Assembly (NCBI GenBank): GCA_963843375.1
Contig: CAWJKT010000010.1
Location: 160,237-224,236, forward strand
Source: an uncultured Pseudomonadota bacterium
GTDB lineage: Bacteria; Oederibacteriota; Muellerivitia; Muellerivitales; Muellerivitaceae
Reading direction: 5' to 3'
DNA length: 64,000 nucleotides
This document shows, piece by piece, positions 50,846 through 61,200 of this stretch. The notes beneath the pieces are model-generated. The model made no database searches, was not told the origin of the DNA, and worked only from the letters and a program-made list of their open reading frames with translations. A program made the translations under genes and the position numbers. The stretch's first letter is position 1; every line of letters starts with the position of its first letter.

Positions 50846-51799
50846 ATGGCCTTATGCGAACCAAATCTCCCGCCTGTTAAAAAATTAATTTTGGGTTTGG
50901 ATATCGGCGGGACCAAGTGCGCGGTTGTTTTGGGTGATGAAAGGGTTCGGATAGTCGACCGCCTTTCCTTCCCCACCTTACCCCATCGGGGATGGAAAAT
51001 AATCATGCGACAGTTATTCCATGGGATCGATGAAATCACCGATCGGAATGGCCTCAAACCTGGTTCTATTATTAAAGCGGGTGTCAGCTGCGGCGGCCCC
51101 TTGGACAGCCAAAAAGGACTTATCCTCTCGCCCCCCAATCTTCCGGGTTGGAACAGGGTTCCCATCATTCGCCTGCTCCAGGAAAAACTCAAGTGCCCTG
51201 TCCGGCTCGAGAACGATGCCAACGCCTGTGCGGTGGCGGAGTGGAAATTCGGCGCAGGACGGGGTTGCCGCAACCTGATTTTTCTCACCTTCGGAACCGG
51301 TTTGGGCGCCGGACTAATCCTGGACGGACGCCTTTACAGGGGGGCCAACGACATGGCGGGCGAGGCTGGCCATATCCGCTTGGCGAAAAAGGGTCCAATG
51401 GGTTACGGCAAAAATGGTTCCTTTGAGGGCTTTTGCAGTGGGAGCGGAATCGCCTGGACAGCGAAAAGCCGAGGCAGCAAAACCATTACGGCCAAAGACC
51501 TTTGCGAAGCCGCCAACAGAGGCGATCAAACCTCCCGCCGCCTTCTACGCGCCAGCGGAAGCTACCTGGGATTGGGCTTATCCATCCTGATCGACCTTTT
51601 GAACCCCGAACGGATTATCCTCGGTGGAATCTATTCGAGAAATGAAAAACTTTTCCGCCCGGCGGCCTTAAAGGTCGTTCGAAAAGAGGCCCTGGCCCGT
51701 TCCCTTTCCGTTTGTCGGATCGTCCATTCGGGACTCGGCGAGAAGATCGGCGAAAAGGCGAGCCTTTGCGTCGCGCTCATGAGTAAATGGGAGGCTTAA
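50846..51799 (+). CDS. ROK family sugar kinase
   Basis: GLDIGGTK, LENDANA.A.AE..FG, TFGTGLGAG, GEAGH, LLNPE.IILGG. Confidence 0.92.
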   Translation: MALCEPNLPPVKKLILGLDIGGTKCAVVLGDERVRIVDRLSFPTLPHRGWKIIMRQLFHGIDEITDRNGLKPGSIIKAGVSCGGPLDSQKGLILSPPNLPGWNRVPIIRLLQEKLKCPVRLENDANACAVAEWKFGAGRGCRNLIFLTFGTGLGAGLILDGRLYRGANDMAGEAGHIRLAKKGPMGYGKNGSFEGFCSGSGIAWTAKSRGSKTITAKDLCEAANRGDQTSRRLLRASGSYLGLGLSILIDLLNPERIILGGIYSRNEKLFRPAALKVVRKEALARSLSVCRIVHSGLGEKIGEKASLCVALMSKWEA

Positions 51800-51886
51800 A
51801 ATCCACCCCCCTTGGGTGTAAGGCTTATATTGTTTTTAAAAAGTTTGATCAGCGATAAAAATATTTAATTTCATTTAAAGAACCCA

Positions 51887-53035
51887 CTATTTTCCGGTAT
51901 TTTCCCGGGCTGAGCGCCAAGCCCAAAGCTCCACCACGCACATCATAACGTGGTACATCGAGCTGGCCGGAACCGGGCCGTCTTGGACTCTTCCGTCTGC
52001 GTCCAACCGGTCGCACCAAGAGCCCATGGGCTTGCGGGTGAAATAGCGGCTCAAAAGGTTGGACTCCAACTCGGCGATTCTTCGTTCACGGTCGAACTCC
52101 TTCGACGTCTTTGCGGACAAGCCAAGCCTTGAGGAGCTTCCGTTTGAACCCAAAGCCGATGGGTCGGCTGGGTGACCTCCCCCTCGTCGCTTACCTGGTC
52201 GTAAACGAGCCCGGTGACAGGATTGACGCCAAATCGATCGGCGAAACCTAGAATGCCCTGGATCAAATTGGCCTTGAGGGGGATTTCCTTTTCCGGCCCG
52301 TGAGAGAAGCCAAGCCCATTCGTAATGGTGACCGGGCTCCACAAGAAACTTTCCCCCTTCCTGAACCGGCTTCCATTGATTGTCGAAAAGTTCCCGCAAG
52401 GCGCCGGTCTTGGGTTCGATGACCGATTCTTCCATCCGGCCATAGATTCTCAAGATTTCGTCAAGATAGCGCTGGTCCTGGGTCCCCTCGAAGCAGAGGA
52501 GCATGGCCTCGAACCAGTGCATATTCGGATTCTGGCGGAGCGTTTCCCTGTCCCCGGCAGATTGCCGGTAGCCTTTTTGAGCAGGGGTGGCGAGCCCCAA
52601 TCGGACCATGGAAAGGGTAGTTTCGATGAGTCCAAGGGCTTCCCGGTCCCGGCTCATCCGGTAGTAGGTCGCCAGCCCCAGCACGATGAAGGCCGTGTCA
52701 TAAAGATCCAATTCGGCGTCGAGAATGGAACCGTCGCGGGAAAGCCGCCGGACCCAATTTCCGTTAGGAGCCCGACATTTTGTTTTGAGGAAAACATAGC
52801 CATGTTCGGCGAGGGCTTCCGCTTCCGGGTGCCACCCCAAAATCGCCGCAGTGGCAAAGGAGAAAAGCTGGCGTCCCTGGACCCGGACCCGTTTGAATCC
52901 CACGCTGGAGGGGCCTCCATCCTGGTTTAGTTCCTCCACGAACCCGCCATACTGAGGGTCCACTCCGCGCGAGGCCCATAAAGGCAGGGCTTCCTCGCGC
53001 ATCCAGGAAACCAAATTTTTTTGACCTAGTTCCAT
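51887..53035 (-). CDS. AGE-family epimerase/isomerase (N-acylglucosamine 2-epimerase / mannose-6-phosphate isomerase type)
   Basis: R.RVQ.RQ, DLYD.AF, QNP.MH..EA, EPGHHYEWAWLL, SSMYH. Segment ~52130-52295 is in another frame (RLWVQTE). Confidence 0.88.
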   Translation of the reverse strand: MELGQKNLVSWMREEALPLWASRGVDPQYGGFVEELNQDGGPSSVGFKRVRVQGRQLFSFATAAILGWHPEAEALAEHGYVFLKTKCRAPNGNWVRRLSRDGSILDAELDLYDTAFIVLGLATYYRMSRDREALGLIETTLSMVRLGLATPAQKGYRQSAGDRETLRQNPNMHWFEAMLLCFEGTQDQRYLDEILRIYGRMEESVIEPKTGALRELFDNQWKPVQEGGKFLVEPGHHYEWAWLLSRAGKGNPPQGQFDPGHSRFRRSIWRQSCHRARLRPGKRRGGGHPADPSALGSNGSSSRLGLSAKTSKEFDRERRIAELESNLLSRYFTRKPMGSWCDRLDADGRVQDGPVPASSMYHVMMCVVELWAWRSARENTGK

Positions 53036-53184
53036 CCTTCACCCCGTTTTTCTAATTAGGAACGACCACCCTGTTTTTTCCATCCATTGTACCCTTTCTT
53101 TTGAGGGCAAAATTTCATTTAAGATAAACTTGGTCGGCCGTTAGAAGTATCAGAAGACGGGAAAATTTCGGTTCAAAACCGGGG

Positions 53185-53466
53185 TCAGCTTTCTTCCACC
53201 TGGGTGATCAAATGAATCTGGTCCAGGATGGCCGCCACCCTGTCGCACTTTTCCTTTGGACCGATATAAACCGCGGCTTTACCGTTCTGATGAACTTGAA
53301 GTGTAAGCTCCACCGCCCTCTCCAGCGAATAACCCGTAGCTTTTTGGATTTGCAGGATTACTTCATCGAAACTGTGGACCTCATCGTTAAACAACAAAGT
53401 CATCCAGGGGTTGCCAAGTTGAGTCTTGGTTTCGGTAACGGTCGTTTCATGTGGAAGGGTTGTCAT
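53185..53466 (-). CDS. clpS: ClpS adaptor protein
   Basis: LLFNDEVHSFDEVI...A....LQVH..GKA.V. Confidence 0.9.
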   Translation of the reverse strand: MTTLPHETTVTETKTQLGNPWMTLLFNDEVHSFDEVILQIQKATGYSLERAVELTLQVHQNGKAAVYIGPKEKCDRVAAILDQIHLITQVEES

Positions 53467-53520
53467 GGGTCCAATTGTCTCTTTCGGGAAACTTGTTGAT
53501 CTAAGGGAAAACAAATGGAC

Positions 53521-54228
53521 CTAAGCCGTTTCCGCCTTTTCCATCTGCTCTTTGGCGATCTGCATCATGTCGCGGGTCATGTTGGCGATTTGGGGAAAGC
53601 TCTTGATCTCTTTGCTCATTACGGCCCGGCCGTAATAGTTGCGAGCCTCCTTATATAAACCCTGACGACGGTAAAGTTCCCCGATCAGGTAAAGAATTCC
53701 GGGTTCACCCAGCTTTTCAGGCAAGTCCCCCCCTTTTTCGTGGAATTCTTCATAGGCCAGGACCGCTTGGGCCATGGCCTCTTTTTCTTTTTTATAATCC
53801 TGCCGCAGGCGGTTGATCCAAACCAAATGCATGTAAAGGCCGGCCAGAGTTCCCAACTCGGAGTAGGTGCGCATTTTGGTAAAGGCAATGGCTATTTCAT
53901 GGCGCTTAATGGCGACCTCCGGAGTCATAGTTCCTAACCCGAAAATATCAGGTTTGGATTTTCCCGATTGCCGGATTAGACGGGTGGCTTCCAGGACCTT
54001 GGGTTCATAATCGGCTCGGATAGTGTCGAAATCCTTGTTTAAAGCCGCGAAGGTGCATTGGGGGCAGACGGTGACGGCGTAAAAATAGGGGCATTCCCCT
54101 TCGTAGATGTTCCCGAAATCGGTCATCTTATCCTTGATTTTGATGACCGTCGCGCGCATGCGGGTGCTTTCAAATTCAAAGGCACAGAATGGACATTTCA
54201 ATTTTTTGTTCCAAAGGGTGGTACTCAT
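53521..54228 (-). CDS. DUF2225-family protein (zinc ribbon plus TPR-like)
   Basis: CPFC...F and Y.V.VCPQC.FA motifs, then YLIGEL.RR.G. Confidence 0.8.
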   Translation of the reverse strand: MSTTLWNKKLKCPFCAFEFESTRMRATVIKIKDKMTDFGNIYEGECPYFYAVTVCPQCTFAALNKDFDTIRADYEPKVLEATRLIRQSGKSKPDIFGLGTMTPEVAIKRHEIAIAFTKMRTYSELGTLAGLYMHLVWINRLRQDYKKEKEAMAQAVLAYEEFHEKGGDLPEKLGEPGILYLIGELYRRQGLYKEARNYYGRAVMSKEIKSFPQIANMTRDMMQIAKEQMEKAETA

Positions 54229-54317
54229 GGTTTTACGTCTCCCGGGCAAAATATATCATGCTACCTATCTATTGGAAACCGAAAGAACCGGCCACAAAGT
54301 TCTTAAAAACTATTCGC

Positions 54318-55082
54318 CTAATTCTTTAAACTAAAGGAAAAACTGATGACTCCCGATTGGTCGACCTGGGTAATGTTGGGGGCCAAGGGCTGAAATTCCC
54401 ATTGGATCAAAGCGTCGTAAACCACCCGGTCCAATTCTCGGTATCCCGAAGTCTGTTCCAGTTGGAGATCCTCTTCTTTTAGCAAACCGTTCGGGAGGAC
54501 CGTCAACCGGAATTTTACCGTGGCTTCCACGCCTTGTTTCTTAGCCCAATCAGGATAAGCGGGATTCACCTGGTTTTTGATCGCCCGAGCAGCCAGTTCC
54601 CCTTCAATGGTGGGATTTCCATCCGAGGTTCCGGCTACTCCGGACCGACCTAGGCCCGTCGTCGTTTTGATGTCCGCCGTAACATCCTTTTTATTTTCCA
54701 AGCCGATCGGAGCCTCATGGGTCAGGTCTTCCAAATAAGCCTCACTCTGAGCGTTTCCAGCGTGCTTTTGGGGTTTCAGGGGTTTGTTGAGGGCGACCTT
54801 TGGCCTTTGGACCCGGTCAATGGGTGGATTGGCCGGAATGGCCTTGGTGGTTCCAAAATCGCCGTTGGTGGAGGCAACTGGTTGTTGGCTGGGTATTTCG
54901 CCGCTTTTAGCGGAGAGGGACCCCAATCCCGAACCTTGCGACATTTGGCCGATCAATGTCAAATCCATCATGAGCGGCGTATGGACGACCAGGAATGACT
55001 GGTAGATAAGGAAAAGGATCAATAACAGGACCGCGTGAAAGCCGGTGGAGTAAAGAATCGATTTTCGAAATTGCTTATCCAT
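54318..55082 (-). CDS. TonB/TolA-like energy transducer
   Basis: N-terminal S...H TM signature (STGFHAVLL); C-terminal PAYP.WA...G.E..V...TSGY.ELD...W.F.P. Confidence 0.85.
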   Translation of the reverse strand: MDKQFRKSILYSTGFHAVLLLILFLIYQSFLVVHTPLMMDLTLIGQMSQGSGLGSLSAKSGEIPSQQPVASTNGDFGTTKAIPANPPIDRVQRPKVALNKPLKPQKHAGNAQSEAYLEDLTHEAPIGLENKKDVTADIKTTTGLGRSGVAGTSDGNPTIEGELAARAIKNQVNPAYPDWAKKQGVEATVKFRLTVLPNGLLKEEDLQLEQTSGYRELDRVVYDALIQWEFQPLAPNITQVDQSGVISFSFSLKN

Positions 55083-55229
55083 TTTTTCTTGCCTAATTTG
55101 CTGTCATTGCGAGGAATTTCAGCCCAATAATTGGGTGTTTAGAGCGAAGCGGCCTCAACATAAATATGTTTTTTTTCCATGCCATTTTTAAATTTTCTCC
55201 GTTAAATCTTTTCGTGTGCCCGCCTGTTT

Positions 55230-55667
55230 TCACTTCACGGAAACCGCTGAAGTGTCGTTATCGGACAATTCCACCGCGATGCCGACCTTGGTGACCCCGG
55301 CCAGATAGGCTTTCGACATGACCTCGGCAACGGAACCATGGGACACGTTTTTATCGGCATTGATCATGACCAGGGCCTGGGGCTTCAGTTTCATTAAATC
55401 CTCGAGTTGGGCTGTAATAGCGTCCAAGGAAGTTTCCTTGTCGTTTAAATAAATTTTATCCCCCTGAGTGACGGTAAGCGTGATTGTCTCTGGCAATTGG
55501 GGCGAAGGCGCCGAGACTTTGGGCAACTTCACCTGGAAATCCCCCTGGAACAAGAAGGGGGTCGTGACCATGAAGATCACCAAAAGCACCAGCACCACAT
55601 CGGTGAACGGAACCATGTTGATTTCAGCAATTAGTTTGGATTGCGTTCTCAGTCGGCTTTGCATCAC
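55230..55667 (-). CDS. ExbD/TolR family protein
   Basis: AEINMVPFTDVVLVLLVIFMVT.P, ADKNV.HG.V. Confidence 0.92.
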   Translation of the reverse strand: MMQSRLRTQSKLIAEINMVPFTDVVLVLLVIFMVTTPFLFQGDFQVKLPKVSAPSPQLPETITLTVTQGDKIYLNDKETSLDAITAQLEDLMKLKPQALVMINADKNVSHGSVAEVMSKAYLAGVTKVGIAVELSDNDTSAVSVK

Positions 55668-55673
55668 GACCTC

Positions 55674-56288
55674 CTATTTTCCCAAGCGTTCGTTTATTTC
55701 GGAAATGACGATTTCGGCTTCTTGGGCTATGGCGTTCAAGCGAGCCTGGAATGTGTTGTAGATAAAGACCGCGGTGATTGCCACGAAAAGGCCGGTCGCG
55801 GTCGCAATCAGGGCCTCGGCGATCCCCTGTGAAACTACCGCCGCTCCCCCGGCATTGGCCAAGGCGAGATCCCGGAAGGCGCGAATGATGCCCAGGACGG
55901 TTCCGAACAGTCCCACAAATGGGGCGATGGAACCGATAGTGGCCAGCAAGGGCAAACGTCTTTCGAGTTTGAGCAACTGGATTTTGGCTTCCCTTTCCAT
56001 GGCTTGTTGAATGTCTGTCTTATCCGATTTGGCTTTAACTCCAGCCCGAATCACTTGGGCCAAAAGGGTCCCGTTTCGGTCGCAGGCCTCGATGCACTCC
56101 TGAGGGCTTTTACGGTTCAAAAAAGGTTCCAGGCCCGCCATGACTTCCTCTCGGCCTTGGTAATGGGACTTGAAGTAACTCCACCTTTCGTACAGGACGG
56201 CAAACACCAAAATTGAGAGGACGACCAGCAGGCCTATGGTCCATCCGCCTTTGAGCATCACTTGAATCAAGGAAAAATCATGAGTCAT
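55674..56288 (-). CDS. MotA/TolQ/ExbB proton channel protein
   Basis: LATIGSIAPFVGLFGTV.GI, GIAEALIATA.GLFVAI.A. Confidence 0.93.
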   Translation of the reverse strand: MTHDFSLIQVMLKGGWTIGLLVVLSILVFAVLYERWSYFKSHYQGREEVMAGLEPFLNRKSPQECIEACDRNGTLLAQVIRAGVKAKSDKTDIQQAMEREAKIQLLKLERRLPLLATIGSIAPFVGLFGTVLGIIRAFRDLALANAGGAAVVSQGIAEALIATATGLFVAITAVFIYNTFQARLNAIAQEAEIVISEINERLGK

Positions 56289-56370
56289 TTCAAAGCCTCC
56301 AAAATCAAGTTTTTTACATTTTTAATCTTTAATAAAAAATTAGCCATACCTATCCATCCAAACCGCCATT

Positions 56371-58215
56371 CTAGAAGATGATCTCCACCCCCGCACGCAC
56401 GTGATACTCGGGCTCCAAATAACCCGGTTCCAATTCATAGGCGTGCCCGAGGAGGTTGTCCCCGGCCATCCAAAGCGAAAAAGTCTTGCTTAAATGGTAA
56501 GTGGCGTTAAGTCCCACTGTCGCGTAAGCCGGGAGCGTTCCCGGCAGGGACTGATATGCCTGACGGTCCGAGGCCACTTGCAATTCCAGCCGGGCTTCCC
56601 ATTTGTCATCGCCCCGATAAAGAGATAAAACGCCCCGGTCCGTTGGAAGACCAGTGAGGTTCCCGTTCCCCAGTGGATTCAACCCTTGAGTCCATTGGTA
56701 AGTCGCGGCCGCCTGCCAGTCTTTCATGAAATTCCACTGGAGGTTGGCGGCGGCTTTATTTAATTGAACCTGCCCGAGAGTTGAATAGTCTTGGATAAAT
56801 TCAGGAATCGCCGCGTTGATGTCGGTCCACTGGTGGTAGCCCTGGATTTGGGCTGTGGAGCCGGACAAGGATAAAAAGACCGCCTCCGTAAGCTTTTGGG
56901 TGAAGCGTCCACCCCATTCGCTCGTGATTTCGGTCGGGGAGGGAAACCCGTCGACCGGGCTGATGTGTTCCTGAGACATATAGATTTTATTGAAACTATC
57001 CACGGCGCGGCTGCTTAGCCAATAGAGGTTCAACTGACTGTTACCAAATACTCTCCACATGAGATTGAGGGAGGGATAAACCTTCAGCGGCAGTTCCAAG
57101 CCGCTGCCAGCTTGAGCCTGGAGTTGGGCGGCCAAGTTCAAGTTTTCACCCGCTTTAAAGGTGCCGTCGAGGTTCACCCAACCCCAATCGTACTCGGTGG
57201 CCGCAGGAGCTGAAAAATCCGAGGTCGCGTGTCGTTCCCCGATTTCAACGGTTGATTGATCCAAAAAAGATCCCAATGCGTCGGCATTTAATTTCAACTG
57301 CGTCTGGAACTCCTGGGTCTGGCGGCTTAAAAGCCCCTGGTCCCAATAATCTAGGTATGTGGACTGGTTAGAAATTTTAAGCTGGGCTTGGGTCAAGTCC
57401 GATAGTTTCCAGTGAAAGGTCCCGTCCAAATCGATGTCGTCATGCAATTCCCTTTGCGAGCCCTGGTAAGGAAGCTCGGCGTCCAGGCGTTGATAATTCC
57501 CTCCGAGGAGCAGGTTCATCGGTGACGCGGGGAAAAGATCAATCTGGCCGCCATAACCATATCGGCGGTCCCCGTCGAAGCTCGTAACGTTGGTTGTTTC
57601 GCCTCCCCAATTGGAATAGAACCCAGATAAAAGGTATTGAACATCCTTGAATTGCTGGCCAAAAAGCCCCCAACCGCCATAGGTATCCGGAACACCGCCC
57701 CCCATATGTAAAACCAGCGCGGTGTCATTGGCAGGTCCCGCCTCCTCGGTGGCGAGTGCGGTGAAGGTCTTGTTCAATCCGGGCAGGTCGTTAAAAGCGC
57801 GATCCACCCCCGTGAGGTCATGGCTTCCCAGGGTGACGTCATTTTCTCTTATGTCCAGGCGCTTCGCGTCGATGGTCAACTCATTCTCCCCCGTGATCAC
57901 GACTTCCGGCAGAGAGAATTCGGGTACGGCGGTCGGGCGGCTCTGAACCGGGGCCTTTTCACCTTCTCCTTGGGAGGGTTTCGGATTCGCAGAAGGGGCT
58001 TGGGCCGAACCGCTTTCCGTCGGCACCGCTTCGGGCTTGGAAATCGTGACAGGACTTTCGGCGGCGGGTTGATCCGCCGTGGGGGTTTCAGAGGAGAGGT
58101 CGATTTCTCTCGATACTGGGGACGCAACGGGAGTGGGGTTGTCCTGCGCATAAACCGGGCAAAACCCAAAAAGGATCAGTAAAAGTATAAGAACGATTCG
58201 CCCCCAAGTTCTCAT
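56371..58215 (-). CDS. Outer-membrane beta-barrel, TonB-dependent-receptor-like but without a recognisable plug
   Basis: Signal peptide, Pro-rich linker, LPEVVITG, beta strands, terminal DNLL...YE..PGY......AGVEIIF. Confidence 0.75.
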   Translation of the reverse strand: MRTWGRIVLILLLILFGFCPVYAQDNPTPVASPVSREIDLSSETPTADQPAAESPVTISKPEAVPTESGSAQAPSANPKPSQGEGEKAPVQSRPTAVPEFSLPEVVITGENELTIDAKRLDIRENDVTLGSHDLTGVDRAFNDLPGLNKTFTALATEEAGPANDTALVLHMGGGVPDTYGGWGLFGQQFKDVQYLLSGFYSNWGGETTNVTSFDGDRRYGYGGQIDLFPASPMNLLLGGNYQRLDAELPYQGSQRELHDDIDLDGTFHWKLSDLTQAQLKISNQSTYLDYWDQGLLSRQTQEFQTQLKLNADALGSFLDQSTVEIGERHATSDFSAPAATEYDWGWVNLDGTFKAGENLNLAAQLQAQAGSGLELPLKVYPSLNLMWRVFGNSQLNLYWLSSRAVDSFNKIYMSQEHISPVDGFPSPTEITSEWGGRFTQKLTEAVFLSLSGSTAQIQGYHQWTDINAAIPEFIQDYSTLGQVQLNKAAANLQWNFMKDWQAAATYQWTQGLNPLGNGNLTGLPTDRGVLSLYRGDDKWEARLELQVASDRQAYQSLPGTLPAYATVGLNATYHLSKTFSLWMAGDNLLGHAYELEPGYLEPEYHVRAGVEIIF

Positions 58216-61200
58216 GGCGTTGCCTCCCCGCTTGGAGAAGGGACCACGGCGGTGGAACTTTTTTCTGATTTCTTCTTAAGAAAGGGCTGGAGCGCTTTGA
58301 GCCTTTTGTAGGTGGCGTTGCGATAGGCAGGGATTTTGGTGTATTTCAATATTCTTTTATAAGATTCCTCAGCCTTGGGATAGTCCTTTTGTTCCTCGTA
58401 AGTCTCGGCGATCTTGGCAAATGCGGTCACCACCCATTGGTCTTCGGAAGGATACTTGACGATAAGATGATTGAATTCCCTGCGGGAATCGTCGTACTTC
58501 TTCAGTTGTTTCAACAAATCCGCATGGTAAAAGGACGCCTCCACCGCCAGAGAGGTTTCTGGCGACGCCATGGTGATCTCGTATGCCTTCAGCGCCTCCT
58601 CGGGTTTGCCCGTTTTCTCCAATAAGAGCCCCGCTTGGAGGCCTGCTTCTATGGCGAGAGGGTCGTTGCCATAGTCCTTCAGCAGCTTTTGGAAATAAGC
58701 CAGCGCCTTGTCGTTGTGCTTGAGTTGTTTTTCGCAAACCGCGCTGTTGAAAAGGGCATGGGTCGCCAAACGGTGGTCAGGGTAGTGGGTAAAGATGTCG
58801 GTGTAAGCGTCCAAGGCGTCCTGGAACTTGCCGGTTTCAAAATAGACCGAACCCAAACTGAATTGACCCTCCAGCGCCAAGGGATCGCTGGGATATTTCT
58901 TCAGCAGTTCCTGGAAAACCGGGATGGCATTGTCATTTTTCTCGATTTTAACCAATGCCGTTCCCATCCAGAAAAGGGCCCGCGGGGCCTCTGAACTGTC
59001 GGGATATTTGGCCAGAAGATCCTTGTAGGCCTGGATGGCATCATCGAATTTTTCGTCGTGGAAAAGGCCCTCGGCCATGCGGTATTGGACGCTGGAGGCA
59101 AAGGGGCTATTGGGAAATTTTTCGAGGAACTGTTTCGCCACGTTGGAGGAAGTTTCTTTCTCCCCGAGTTTTTCAGCGGACCATTGGAGCCCGTAAAGGG
59201 CGTCAGGAAGCAGCGGATTGTCCGGATAATTGTCCAGGAAGCTTTGATAAGTATCCTTGGAATCTTTAAACCTTTGGAGGTTGAAAAGACAATCCGCTTC
59301 CCGCAGGTGGGATTCAGGCGCCAGTGGGTCTTTGGGATAATCGGTTTCGACTTCCTTGAATTCGCTGGAAGCGTGGTCAAAATCCTTCAACCGGAAATAG
59401 GCCCAAGCCGTCCAATAGATCAGGCGGGACTTCCGGTTGTCGGTGTCGCTTTTTTTGAGTAGGGCTCCCCAAGTATTAATCGCGTCGCTGAACTTTTCCT
59501 GCCGGTAAGCACACCAACCTATTTGTTCCTGGGCGTCCAGCTCAGTGGGCGGTCCGGCGTGATTGTCCACAAGGGAACGATAGGCGTTTTCGGCCTTGGG
59601 GTAGTCATGAAGGTTGTAATAACAATCCCCGGTTCGCAATTGGGATTCCAAGCCCAAAGGCGCAGAAGGATCTTGTCGGACCGCGTTCTGGAAGGCCTCA
59701 ACGGCCTCTTGGTATTTTTCTTGTTGGAAATAACTCCAACCCAAGCCGGAGTAGCAATCCAGTAAAAGGCCTGGGGAAGGCTGGTCTTTAAGGGCTTTTT
59801 GATAATACCCGGCCGCGTCAGCGTAGTTTTTCATCTCGTAGGCCGACTCGGCGGAAGCCCAATCCGCACGGGCTTTCAGGTCCCCCTCAGAGGTCTCAGC
59901 CACTTTCTTGAACTCCTCCAGGGAAAAGTCGTAATGACCCAGGGCGTAATCGCACCAACCCCGCCAATAAGCCGCAGTCTCCTCTACCTCCGACGGCGCT
60001 TTCAAGGCTATTCGGCCATAGATGGCCTTGGCGTCGTCGTACTTCGTTTCCAGGTATTCACATCCGGCCAAAAGGTATTGGGCGTCCCAGTAAAGTCCGC
60101 TTTGGGGTTGGAAATTCGACACGTTCAGAAAATGCCGCGCCGCAGCGTCGTACTTTTGATCGGAATAATCAAGCCACCCCAATCCGTAATCCAAAAGATC
60201 GGCAGGGGCCTTCCCGGCGGCCAATTCCAAACCTTTGGTATAGGCTTGGCGGGCTTTATCGTGGTCCTCCGCCTGATAAGCCTCGGCACCTTCCCTGACA
60301 GCGGCCCAAGGGGCCAATAAATGGGAAGGGAAATCCGTTACGATGCTCTCAAAGGTTTTGATCGCCTCAGGCGGATTCTTTAATTTCTCGAAAGTCCACC
60401 CAAGTCCATAGAGGGCTGGAACCTCCAGGAAATCCTTCGGATATTGCTTTAGGAAAGTTTGATAATTTTTTTTCGCATCAGTGTACTTCTCCATCCGGAA
60501 TTGAGTTTCAGCGACTTGGAACAATGTCAATTTTTTAAGAGTTTCATCCGTCGTCTTCTCTAAAACTTTCGAAAAACTTTCCAAGGAACGGGTGTAATCC
60601 TTTTGCTGAAAGTAGCACCAAGCCTGGAGATAACGAACCATATCGGCATACCGATAATCCGGTTTATTATCCAGGATTTTCCCATACTCTCTTCCCGCCT
60701 CATCATATTGCTCTAATTGGAAATAACATTCGGCCTCCCAAAAATAGAGGTCGCAAAGCGTATCCATTTCGTAGGCTCTTTTTTCCAGTTCCTTGAATTG
60801 GTCAATGGCCGTCGGGTAATTCTTGAGATAAACCAATGAAACAGCGGATTTAAATGCAAGCCCTAAGGCGCCGCTCGTAATGGGATTTAACCGGAGGGAT
60901 TGTTGATAAGCCTGATAGGCCGCCGTGTAATCTTTTTCATGAAACTGGGTCTCCCCAATAAGACGCAGCGCCAGGGCCTTTTCGATATAGTTCTCGCTTT
61001 TTTCCTGAACCAAGAGAAAGCGTTCCATGGCCAGGTGGTAGGCGCGGGACTTCAAGAGAGCCCGGCCCTCGTCGGTGGGCGAGGGGGGGCTGATACCCGC
61101 AGGAAAAAGCGGCCCAGGAAATACGGCAAGGCATATTCCCGCGATGATCCAGCAAGTGGCTATATTCAAGATTTTTGAAGCCGGTTTAAACCCTGTCATT

